Shown here in pieces: positions 19,769 through 30,033 of a stretch of 57,462 bases of DNA. Source of the stretch: Candidatus Tenderia sp. Lineage in GTDB: Bacteria; Pseudomonadota; Gammaproteobacteria; Tenderiales; Tenderiaceae. The notes under the pieces were generated by a model, which searched no databases, had not been told where the DNA came from, and saw only the letters and a list, made by a program, of their open reading frames with translations. The DNA lies in the NCBI GenBank assembly GCA_031416075.1, contig JANOSY010000046.1, forward strand, positions 1 to 57,462, in the 5' to 3' direction. Position numbers and translations under genes: made by a program. Numbering within the stretch: the first letter of the stretch is position 1; the number at the start of each line of letters is the position of its first letter.

Positions 19769-20707
19769 ATGAATGTAGTCACTCAGAAAGAGCTTGAACA
19801 GCCGCGTTATGATCGCCTTGGTGCGCTAGCACTTGCCATGCCCGGCCAAAAAGAGGGCGAAACTCAAAGCGACTTGGAAAAAGCGCTGCGCCTCTCAGGC
19901 ATTCTGCAAACCACTCTGGATATCACTAAGATAATTGAGCTCTTTGCCCACGAGATTGGCGTGCTGGTCAACTATCACCACATCTCCTACAGTCATAAGG
20001 AACTAGACATCGCCATCGCCTATGGGACCGTGGCACCTCACAGCTGCACCTACCGCTTGGTGGTTGCAGGTGAAAGTCTGGGCGAACTGATTCTCAGCCG
20101 TCGCAAAAAATTCACCCCCACAGAAACCGCCTTTCTGGAGACGCTGTTATGTGGCCTGGTCTACCCTCTTCGCAACGCCCTGCTCTACAAAATGGCTTTG
20201 GAAGCAGCTCACCGTGACCCATTAACAGGGATTAACAACCGCGCCAGCATGGACGCCTCCATTGAGCGTGAAATACAACTGGCACACCGTCATGGCACAG
20301 AGCTATCGATGCTGGCCGTGGATATTGACCATTTCAAAAAGATTAACGACACACACGGCCACTCAGTAGGCGATTGTGTCATCAAGGCGATTGCTGAGGC
20401 CGCCACATCAACAATCCGTGGTTCTGACATGGTGTTCCGTTTTGGGGGCGAGGAGTTTGTCATCCTGCTCAGCAATACGGGTCGTAAAGGGGCAACACTG
20501 CTTGCCAACCGTTTACGTCAAAAAATCGAAGATATGTGTGTTGTATGTGACGGCACTCAACTCTCCGCCACGGTCAGCATCGGCATTACCTGTACTCAAA
20601 AAGGGGATACGCAGGCAAAACTGTTTGCACGCGCCGACAGTGCGCTCTACCAGGCAAAATCAGCCGGGCGCAACTGCTGCAAATTTTATACAGTAGATGC
20701 AACCTGA
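19769..20707 (+). CDS. Diguanylate cyclase (GGDEF domain)
   Basis: DPLTG..NR, DIDHFKKINDTHGH..GD, RxxD I-site (RGSD) before RFGGEEF. RBS AGGAGG before ATG 19769. Confidence 0.92.
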   Translation: MNVVTQKELEQPRYDRLGALALAMPGQKEGETQSDLEKALRLSGILQTTLDITKIIELFAHEIGVLVNYHHISYSHKELDIAIAYGTVAPHSCTYRLVVAGESLGELILSRRKKFTPTETAFLETLLCGLVYPLRNALLYKMALEAAHRDPLTGINNRASMDASIEREIQLAHRHGTELSMLAVDIDHFKKINDTHGHSVGDCVIKAIAEAATSTIRGSDMVFRFGGEEFVILLSNTGRKGATLLANRLRQKIEDMCVVCDGTQLSATVSIGITCTQKGDTQAKLFARADSALYQAKSAGRNCCKFYTVDAT

Positions 20708-20710
20708 CAG

Positions 20711-21046
20711 ATGAGACCAGCCCCGCTGAATATTGCCAACACCACCACAATCAACGTCAGGCCAACACTGGCCGTACTGTTTTTTATCCTGGCCGCTGGC
20801 TGCGCAATGTCCCTACAAGCAGCAGGCACAACGGATCAACAAACATCACCAAAAACAGCCATCGGCATCATGCCTCATCGTGGCATGAGCATGGAACAGG
20901 TTACACAACACTTTGGCAAACCAGAGAGCAGCGTTGCCGCCGTTGGCACTCCCCCCATCAGTCGCTGGCACTACGATGGGTTTATTGCCTACTTCGAAAA
21001 CAATCAGGTAATTAACTCACTGATGATCACTGGCAGCCCCCATTAA
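20711..21046 (+). CDS. Conserved exported protein (SmpA/OmlA-like fold)
   Basis: Hydrophobic signal region then P.RGMSM.QV...FG.P....VG.PPISRW.Y..F..YFE. True start may be downstream. Confidence 0.65.
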   Translation: MRPAPLNIANTTTINVRPTLAVLFFILAAGCAMSLQAAGTTDQQTSPKTAIGIMPHRGMSMEQVTQHFGKPESSVAAVGTPPISRWHYDGFIAYFENNQVINSLMITGSPH

Positions 21047-21179
21047 ACCAAAATACAAACAATAACAGACACATTCGCATTGGCTTTTCCGGTGTAGCGA
21101 TTGACTCAACCAGCAACAACGTTCATATTTACGTAACTATTCACGCAGGACAACAACTAACTATGAGTCATTATTGAGC

Positions 21180-21938
21180 ATGGAGGCGCCAATTCTGATC
21201 GCCCACCGCGGCTATGCTAAACGCTATCCTGAAAATACGCTGGTAGCCTTTAAGGCCGCGTTTGAAGCGGGTGTTAATTATGTAGAATTTGATGTGCAGT
21301 TCACCAAGGATGGCATCCCGGTTGTACTCCACGATGTCAGCCTGAAACGCACCACGGGGACCAACAAGCGTATTTTCAACCTCAACTACGAACAGCTTGA
21401 TGGCATATTGGTCAACGAGGCAAAACTCCACCCCCGTAAATTTGCCCGTGTTGGCATCCCGGCACTGGCTGACGTTATTGCGCTCTTTGAACAGTGGCCC
21501 AATGCACGCGCCCTGGTTGAGATCAAGCAGGAATCCCTTGATGCCTTTGGCATTGAAAAGGTGATGAAAACACTACTTCAGACCTGCAAACCGATACTCG
21601 ATCGCTGCATCCTGATCGCCTACGATGACCTCTCACTGCGTTGTGGACGTGCCATGGGGTTCAAAAAAATTGGCTGGATTTTGACCAAGTACAATGATGA
21701 ATCTCTCTCTATCGCCACCGGTCTGGCACCTGACTACCTCATATGCAACCACACTAAAATCCCAAAATCAGCGACATCTCTCTGGCGTGGGCCATGGAAG
21801 TGGGCCTTCTATGAAGTGGATCAGCCTAAGGTTGCCCATGAGTTGGCCGCACTGGGGGCACATTATATCGAAACAATGGCTGTGGCAGAGATGTTAAAAG
21901 ACAAGGCCCTGATGAGCCGTTGTCAGGCAATCGAATAG
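21180..21938 (+). CDS. Glycerophosphodiester phosphodiesterase family protein
   Basis: IAHRG....PENTL.AF, EFDVQFTKDG.PVVLHD, VEIK. Confidence 0.9.
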   Translation: MEAPILIAHRGYAKRYPENTLVAFKAAFEAGVNYVEFDVQFTKDGIPVVLHDVSLKRTTGTNKRIFNLNYEQLDGILVNEAKLHPRKFARVGIPALADVIALFEQWPNARALVEIKQESLDAFGIEKVMKTLLQTCKPILDRCILIAYDDLSLRCGRAMGFKKIGWILTKYNDESLSIATGLAPDYLICNHTKIPKSATSLWRGPWKWAFYEVDQPKVAHELAALGAHYIETMAVAEMLKDKALMSRCQAIE

Positions 21939-21950
21939 AGTTGTATTGAT

Positions 21951-23156
21951 TTGTCCACTCTTCTGTCACCTAAACAGTTTGATATTGTTATCGTTGGCGG
22001 CGGTATCCACGGTACAGGGGTCGCACAAGCAGCAGCGGCAGCCGGTTACTCTGTGCTGGTACTGGAGCAGACAGCCCTTGCCGCCGGCACCTCCAGCCGT
22101 TCCAGCAAACTGATTCACGGTGGCCTGCGCTATCTGGAGAGCGCTCAGTTCAATCTGGTCCGTGAATGTTTACATGAACGTGCCCTACTGCTAAAAAACG
22201 CCCCCGATCTTGTCAAACTCAAACCCTTCTATCTGCCTATCTACCCGGAAACCACACGCCGTCCGTGGCAAGTCCGCAGTGGTCTCGCACTCTACGCCGC
22301 CCTCGGTGGTTTAAGCAGTGATGCCCGTTTCAAACAGATGCCTAGGCGTGACTGGTCGGCACTGGATGGATTAGAGTTGCGTGGACTTGAGAAAGTGTTC
22401 TGTTATTACGACGGCCAAACTGATGATGCAGCACTGACCGCCGCCGTGATGCGTTCAGCCCAGTCACTAGGTGCTGAACTGCTAATGCCCGCCGAGTTTG
22501 TCAGCGGCCTCCGCAAACCCAACCATGATGACGGCTATATCGTCAGATACCGCCATAACGGTGAAGAGCAGCTCTGCGAAACCCGCTTTATCATCAACGC
22601 GGCAGGCCCGTGGAGCAATCAGGTATTGAGCCGCATCAGCCCCACCGTAAACAAACTTGCCATGGATTTAGTACAAGGCACCCACATCATCATTGATGGC
22701 CAAGTCACTCAAGGTATCTACTACGTAGAAGCGCCACAGGACAAACGCGCTGTCTTTGTCATGCCATGGCAAGGGAAGCTCCTGGTCGGCACCACTGAAA
22801 CGGTCTACCACGGCGACCCCGCTAAAGTGGCACCGTTACCCAGTGAGATCAGCTATCTTTGCCAGACCTTGGCACACTACTTTCCCGCCCATCGCAATAT
22901 CGACAACAAAGATGTAGTGTCAGCTTTTACCGGATTGAGGGTGCTGCCAAAAAGCATGGACAACGCCTTTTCACGCCCACGCGAGACCATTTTTCACGTT
23001 GATAACCGCGACCTGCCACGCCTCGTCACCATCTATGGTGGCAAACTCACCGCCTATCGCGCAACCGCCGAGCGGCTACTACACCAGTTCAGAGATATGC
23101 TGCCCAAACGCAAGGCCGTTGCAGACACACGTATCTTGCCATTAACACCAGAGTAA
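21951..23156 (+). CDS. FAD-dependent glycerol-3-phosphate dehydrogenase/oxidase family protein (short GlpD-like)
   Basis: VGGGIHG, GTSSRSSKLIHGGLRYLE, NAAGPW, GGKLTAYR. TTG start. Confidence 0.85.
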   Translation: MSTLLSPKQFDIVIVGGGIHGTGVAQAAAAAGYSVLVLEQTALAAGTSSRSSKLIHGGLRYLESAQFNLVRECLHERALLLKNAPDLVKLKPFYLPIYPETTRRPWQVRSGLALYAALGGLSSDARFKQMPRRDWSALDGLELRGLEKVFCYYDGQTDDAALTAAVMRSAQSLGAELLMPAEFVSGLRKPNHDDGYIVRYRHNGEEQLCETRFIINAAGPWSNQVLSRISPTVNKLAMDLVQGTHIIIDGQVTQGIYYVEAPQDKRAVFVMPWQGKLLVGTTETVYHGDPAKVAPLPSEISYLCQTLAHYFPAHRNIDNKDVVSAFTGLRVLPKSMDNAFSRPRETIFHVDNRDLPRLVTIYGGKLTAYRATAERLLHQFRDMLPKRKAVADTRILPLTPE

Positions 23157-23224
23157 GGTCGCCAACCTGACACAAAGCCAGTAAAATGGCCGCTCTCGAT
23201 TACCACCAACAGGTCCGCATCACA

Positions 23225-25195
23225 ATGAAAAATCTCTGGGACGATAACGAAGCCAAACAGTACAGCGACGAGCTCGGCTTGCGTGTCTACAGCTCACGGC
23301 TATTAGGGCGTGATACCACCCTAGTGCTGCACGGCGGCGGCAACACCTCGGTCAAGATCACGCAGAAAAATATCGTCGGTGAAGAGCAGCAGCTGTTGTG
23401 TGTTAAAGGCAGCGGCTGGGATCTTGAGACCATCGACCGCCCCGGCTTTCCCGCCGTTAAACTCGACCACCTGATCAAACTCGCCAAGCTCGAATCGTTA
23501 AGCGACCCGCAGATGGTCAACGAACTGCGTACCCACATGACCGATGCCGCTGCACCGACACCTTCAGTCGAAGCGATCCTGCACGCCACCCTGCCCTACA
23601 AGTTTGTTGATCATACCCACGCCGATGCGCTGGTCACCATCACCAATACACCGAGCGGCCTGGAAAAAATCAAACAGATTTATGGCGATACGATTGTCAT
23701 CGTGCCCTACATCATGCCCGGCTTCGACCTCGCCCGACTCTGCGCCATCGAGTTTGAAAAGCAGCACAACGCCAATACCATCGGCATGGTGCTGATGAAC
23801 CACGGCATCTTCTCCTTTGCCGATGACGCCAAAGAGTCTTACGAACGCATGATCAAACTTGTCGGCATGGCCGAGGCATACATCAAATCACAAAGCGCCT
23901 GGGAGTTGGATTACGACGCGCCCGCAAAAAACGATGTTGATCCTCTCGCACTCGCCGAACTGCGCCGTGATATCTCCAAGGCCGCAGGCTTCCCGGTAGT
24001 GCTGCATAGTCAGCGCGATGCCAAGGCGATGAGCTTCTGCAACCGCAGCGACGTAAGCAAGATCGCACAACAAGGACCCGCCACACCCGACCACGTCATC
24101 CGCACCAAACGTCTGCCACAGGTCGGGCGCGATGTTGCCGCCTATGTCGAAATATACACAAACTATTTCAACCAACATGCCGCTGATTCTCGTGAACCCA
24201 AAACCATGCTCGACCCGGCGCCACGTGTCATGCTCGACAAAGCGCTGGGCATGATCAGCGTCGGCAAGAGCGCCAAAGAGGCGCAGATCGTCAGCGACAT
24301 CTACGACCACACCATGGATATCATCGCCCGCGCCGAACTGCTGGGCGGCTGGCAGGCGCTCTCAGCAAAACATATCTTCGACATGGAGTACTGGGATCTG
24401 GAGCAGGCAAAACTGCGCAAGGGCGGCAGCGCACCGCAGTTCCAGGGCGAGATCGCACTCATCACCGGCGCCGCCTCCGGCATCGGCAAGGCGTGTGTCG
24501 AATCGATGCTCAAACGCGGCGCGGCCGTGATTGCCATCGACATCGACCCCAAGATCGAAAACCTCTTCAAACGCGCCGACTACCTCGGCATCACCTGCGA
24601 TGTCGCCGACGAAACCAAACTGATCGCAGCATTGAAGAAAGGCGTCGCCCACTTCGGCGGCCTCGACATGGTCGTGCTCAACGCCGGCATCTTCCCCGGC
24701 GGCAAACGCATCGACAATCTCAGCAGTGACGAGTGGCGCAAGGTGATGCAAATCAACCTCGACCCCAACCTGGTGTTGATGCGCGAGACCTATCCATTCC
24801 TGAAACTGGCACCGAAAGGTGGCCGCGTCGTCGCCATGGGTTCCAAAAACGTCCCCGCCCCCGGCCCCGGCGCAGCCGCCTACTCCGCCACCAAAGCCGC
24901 GCTGACCCAGATGACCCGCATCGCCGCGCTCGAATGGGGAGCAGAGAACATCCGCATCAACACACTGCATCCCGATTGTGTATTTGATACCGGCATCTGG
25001 ACCGACGAAGTACTCGCTGCACGCGCCAAACACTACGGTCTGACAGTGGAGCAGTACAAACGCAAGAATATATTGAAGACCGAAGTCACCAGCCATGATG
25101 TAGCCGAACTTACCTGCGAACTCTGCGGACCGCTATTCGCAAAAACCACAGCTGCGCAGATCCCCATCGACGGTGGCAATGAGAGGGTGATTTAA
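23225..25195 (+). CDS. Bifunctional class II aldolase / short-chain dehydrogenase (RhaD-SDR fusion type)
   Basis: SRLLG, HGGGNTS.K, KGSGWDL, PSVE, DHTH.D, NHG, TPDH, EYW.LE.AKL, then SDR TGAASGIG, NAG, YSATK. Confidence 0.92.
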   Translation: MKNLWDDNEAKQYSDELGLRVYSSRLLGRDTTLVLHGGGNTSVKITQKNIVGEEQQLLCVKGSGWDLETIDRPGFPAVKLDHLIKLAKLESLSDPQMVNELRTHMTDAAAPTPSVEAILHATLPYKFVDHTHADALVTITNTPSGLEKIKQIYGDTIVIVPYIMPGFDLARLCAIEFEKQHNANTIGMVLMNHGIFSFADDAKESYERMIKLVGMAEAYIKSQSAWELDYDAPAKNDVDPLALAELRRDISKAAGFPVVLHSQRDAKAMSFCNRSDVSKIAQQGPATPDHVIRTKRLPQVGRDVAAYVEIYTNYFNQHAADSREPKTMLDPAPRVMLDKALGMISVGKSAKEAQIVSDIYDHTMDIIARAELLGGWQALSAKHIFDMEYWDLEQAKLRKGGSAPQFQGEIALITGAASGIGKACVESMLKRGAAVIAIDIDPKIENLFKRADYLGITCDVADETKLIAALKKGVAHFGGLDMVVLNAGIFPGGKRIDNLSSDEWRKVMQINLDPNLVLMRETYPFLKLAPKGGRVVAMGSKNVPAPGPGAAAYSATKAALTQMTRIAALEWGAENIRINTLHPDCVFDTGIWTDEVLAARAKHYGLTVEQYKRKNILKTEVTSHDVAELTCELCGPLFAKTTAAQIPIDGGNERVI

Positions 25196-25293
25196 GCGAC
25201 CACACCATCGAATCAATGGGCGGGCTCATTCTCACATTCGTAGGGTGCGTATAATCGTGGCAGGGGAACCAATCCTTTAAGGGACTTGTATTG

Positions 25294-26703
25294 ATGCTGA
25301 AGCACCTATTTCTTAGACCAGAAATGCTTGGTCGCCTGATATTTTCTAAACCAGACGGACAGTCCTATTACGTTCAAGCAACTTCTGAGCAGAAAACCAG
25401 ACGCGCGCTCCCCGAGGAGATCGTTCGACAATTGTTCGTGCTGTCTCTACTTCATGATTATAAATACCCGGAGGGGTTAATCCGCTTGGAATTACCTATC
25501 CAGATGGGTAGAGAAAAAAAGCGTGCTGATATTGCTGTATTGGAGGCTAATGGCAATGTCAAAATTATCATAGAGGTCAAGGTAGAGCATGACAAAGACT
25601 CTATGCCGCAGCTTATGTCATACATGGCAATTACGGGGGCTTTGTATGGAGCAATCGTTTCCAGTGCTGAAATTATTTGCGTCAAACGGCTATCAACCCA
25701 GGATATAGTACCGATAAGTGACTTACCTATTTTCTTGGGAAATGACACCTTGTCTGAGCCTGAAATACAGGCGAAGCACAATCCACAACCAAGTTTTCCA
25801 GGCACCCCGTGCGCCTCCATTGAAGTAGAAGGCTTTGAGCGAAATACTCCAACCCACGCCAAGATCACAATCAAAGGGCACACACTTCAACTCTCTAACG
25901 TAGAGCTAGAGTCATACAAAAAACTTAGGCAGAAGTTTCTGATAGCAGGTGTAGCCCTTAACCCGAACGTCAAACAGGCGGAGTGGTTTGATATGTTTAG
26001 TCAGCTGCTAGAGACCACGCCGATAAATGCCATGCCTATTTTAGTGGAAAGTGACACCTCGTCTGAGCCTGAAATACAGACGGATTACAATCCACAACCA
26101 AGTCTGCCAGGCACTCCGTGCGCCTCCATTGAAGTAGAAGGCTTTGAGCGAAATACCCCAACCCACGCCAAGATCACAATCAAAGGTCACACACTTCAAC
26201 TCTCCAACGTAGAGCTAGAGTCATACAAAAAACTTAGACAGAAGTTTTTGATAGCGGGCGCGGCCCTTAACCCGAATGTCAAACAGGCAGAGTGGTTTGA
26301 GATATTTAGTCAGCTGCTAGAGCATACACCGATTACTTATCTGTCCAGTCCACAGCGGGGTAGTGCTGTTGATGAGAAGGCACTGGCAGCTATCGAGGAA
26401 GCATTGGGGCAAGGGCAGCCTGGATTCTCGGGTGGTTGGATCAGTTCATTTGCGCTGGATAGGTTGCTGGATAGACTCAAGATCAGTGTTCCGCGCACTA
26501 ATCGCAAAAAATTATTAAACGCGCTTGGCTATGAGTGGCACCCTAACCTCCCTGATGGGCGTTTGAACAACCCGATCAATGACCCTTCTGGCGATTTCGG
26601 CAGACCGAGATTGTTTATTTCTAAGGAGCATATGACTGCAAGATGGGTTAATGGTAGTGATATCGCCAGGGCGTATCTTGCAGATCAAGTTTCGGGGAGT
26701 TGA
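25294..26703 (+). CDS. Type I restriction HsdR N-terminal-like PD-(D/E)xK nuclease fused to a tandem-duplicated domain and a C-terminal domain
   Basis: PEEIVRQ...YKYP...E.PIQMG...RADIAV...IIIEVK...QLMSY matches the HSDR_N-type nuclease pattern. 103-aa internal tandem repeat. No helicase motifs. Confidence 0.75.
   Translation: MLKHLFLRPEMLGRLIFSKPDGQSYYVQATSEQKTRRALPEEIVRQLFVLSLLHDYKYPEGLIRLELPIQMGREKKRADIAVLEANGNVKIIIEVKVEHDKDSMPQLMSYMAITGALYGAIVSSAEIICVKRLSTQDIVPISDLPIFLGNDTLSEPEIQAKHNPQPSFPGTPCASIEVEGFERNTPTHAKITIKGHTLQLSNVELESYKKLRQKFLIAGVALNPNVKQAEWFDMFSQLLETTPINAMPILVESDTSSEPEIQTDYNPQPSLPGTPCASIEVEGFERNTPTHAKITIKGHTLQLSNVELESYKKLRQKFLIAGAALNPNVKQAEWFEIFSQLLEHTPITYLSSPQRGSAVDEKALAAIEEALGQGQPGFSGGWISSFALDRLLDRLKISVPRTNRKKLLNALGYEWHPNLPDGRLNNPINDPSGDFGRPRLFISKEHMTARWVNGSDIARAYLADQVSGS
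25726..26333 (+). repeat. In-frame tandem duplication, 309-bp period
   Basis: 25726-26024 aligns with 26035-26333. A 51-aa core (PGTPC...KFLIAG) is identical at protein level. Confidence 0.95.
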
Positions 26704-26832
26704 GGTTGGTGCCAATAACGTCAATGAGACAAACCACGTTACCGGCTTGTCTCCGAGCAGCAAGTAGGCTGGACTTGGAGTTTTTCGAAAAAACTGGGGC
26801 ATTTGATTGAACAATATCTATGGGTGGTGTTT

Positions 26833-27513
26833 ATGACTGAATTGAAAGATCGAATTGAAGATGTTCTTTCCTTGGTGGAACAGAATTTTGAATTTTTCCA
26901 TGTTGGGATGTTTTTTGATGATTACGCAAAGCGTAATGATCTCTCATCAAAGGTTGTACCAATCGAACTATCTCTTGAAGATGAAAAAGTGTTTAGGCCG
27001 GGTGATATAGTCAAAGATTCATTGCGTGACTATTTTATAAAAGACAGATCGACCGTCTTTGGTTACATGGTCGCATGGAATGCATTTCGTGGAATCGGCA
27101 TGGCAATGAAGGAGGGACTGCAAGACAATCCAAACCTTAAGGATTTCATAAAGAAAAAGCTCGGGAACAGATATGAACATTATCACGCCATTTTGAGTTT
27201 TATTAGAAATGTGTTGTCGCACAACATACACGACGAAACACAGCTGAAAGAACAAAACTACAAAGATACCCGAACATATTTTGTGAGGGATGTTTGTTCA
27301 ACAGGAGTTGCAACACTTTCCATTAACTATGCCGATGATTTTCCAGGAACGAATCTTCCAAGTGGCTATGGATTCAATCTTGAAGTTAATTTCAATTTAT
27401 TAAATCCTGGAAAACGTTTTATTGAGGTTATTTCTGAATCGCATTTATATATGTTTTCTGAACTTTGCTTCATTTTAGTTAAAGCATTTCGGAACGAAGC
27501 GCAGCCAAGCTGA
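26833..27513 (+). CDS. Hypothetical AT-rich protein with HEPN-like R-x4-H motif
   Basis: FIRNVLSHN motif. Visibly AT-rich relative to flanking core genes. ATG at 26833. Confidence 0.6.
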   Translation: MTELKDRIEDVLSLVEQNFEFFHVGMFFDDYAKRNDLSSKVVPIELSLEDEKVFRPGDIVKDSLRDYFIKDRSTVFGYMVAWNAFRGIGMAMKEGLQDNPNLKDFIKKKLGNRYEHYHAILSFIRNVLSHNIHDETQLKEQNYKDTRTYFVRDVCSTGVATLSINYADDFPGTNLPSGYGFNLEVNFNLLNPGKRFIEVISESHLYMFSELCFILVKAFRNEAQPS

Positions 27514-27530
27514 GGTGCATTCCATGCACC
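27514..27530. repeat. REP-like palindrome
   Basis: GGTGCAT-TCC-ATGCACC immediately after the TGA of the preceding gene. Confidence 0.5.
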
Positions 27531-27617
27531 AATGACAACTGAAGCATAGACCATCGAATACAGAGATTGATGCCGGATATTTTTTGGATCGCAAAGGTAA
27601 AAATTGGAGCTGATCTT

Positions 27618-27851
27618 ATGAACATCAACCTGAACCTAGAGGCTTTGGAAGCGGAGGTTCTTAAACTCTCCTCTGCTGATCGTTCCCATCTTTTAGAGCG
27701 GCTCATTGGCAGCCTTGATGCAGATGCTGCAATCGATGCGGCATGGGAACAAGAGGCCGAGCGCCGTCAGATGGATATCGAATCCGGGAAGGTCACCCTG
27801 GTTTCTGGTGAAGAGGCGATGCCCCGTTTAAGAGAGAAGTTGAAACGGTGA
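27618..27851 (+). CDS. Addiction module antitoxin (TIGR02574 / Unstab_antitox type)
   Basis: L.LS..DR..L.E.L..SLD...AW..EAERR..DIESGKV pattern. Overlaps the toxin start (GTGA). Confidence 0.88.
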   Translation: MNINLNLEALEAEVLKLSSADRSHLLERLIGSLDADAAIDAAWEQEAERRQMDIESGKVTLVSGEEAMPRLREKLKR

Positions 27852-28141
27852 CTTTTTCACTGCACCCGGAGGCAGAAAGAGACATTGCCGATGCAATTGA
27901 TTTTTATCTTCGGAATGCAGGCTTGATTGTCGCCGAGAGGTTTTTGGATGAGTTTTACAGGGCGGCCCGCTTTCTCGTAGAGAATCCTGAGGCTGGTACA
28001 CCATCGTTGCGTGATCGCCGCACGTTTCCTCTCCATATTTTTCCGTATTCAATTGTGTATGTACCATCACGTGGAGAGATCTGTATTCTAGTCGTCAGAC
28101 ATCAGCGCCGTCAGCCAAGTTACGGTGTCGAACGACAGTAA
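27848..28141 (+). CDS. RelE/ParE family toxin
   Basis: LHPEAE.D..DA..FY, NPE.G, FPYSIVY, I.V.V.HQRR.PSY. Confidence 0.88.
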   Translation: MTFSLHPEAERDIADAIDFYLRNAGLIVAERFLDEFYRAARFLVENPEAGTPSLRDRRTFPLHIFPYSIVYVPSRGEICILVVRHQRRQPSYGVERQ

Positions 28142-28240
28142 CGAAGACATTGAGTAAATTCGCTCTACATTATAGGCTGTGACCGCATGAGCGAACATGG
28201 CAATAAACAAGATACTTAAACAACGGAAACTAAAAACACC

Positions 28241-29911
<1,671 letters not shown>

Positions 29912-29952
29912 TCCCAACAGATGAAGGTGAGGGGAGTTCCCTCCCCTCACAC

Positions 29953-29988
29953 AAAAGCCCCTTTGGCAGAGTGCCAAAGGGGCTTTTT
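29953..29988. terminator. Bidirectional rho-independent terminator
   Basis: AAAAGCCCCTTTGGCA-GAG-TGCCAAAGGGGCTTTTT. A second hairpin GTGAGGGGAG-TTCC-CTCCCCTCAC lies at 29927-29950. Confidence 0.88.
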
Positions 29989-30033
29989 ATTACAGCGGGT
30001 CAAAAAGTATTCACTCTTTACTGCCGGGTTCGA

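Noticed and set aside
25291-26703. A type I restriction-modification system
   Set aside because: Only the nuclease-like N-terminal domain is present. There is no DEAD helicase, hsdM or hsdS.
25200-28200. Integron cassette array or prophage
   Set aside because: No integrase, no complete attC with paired R''/R' boxes that I could verify, and no phage structural genes.
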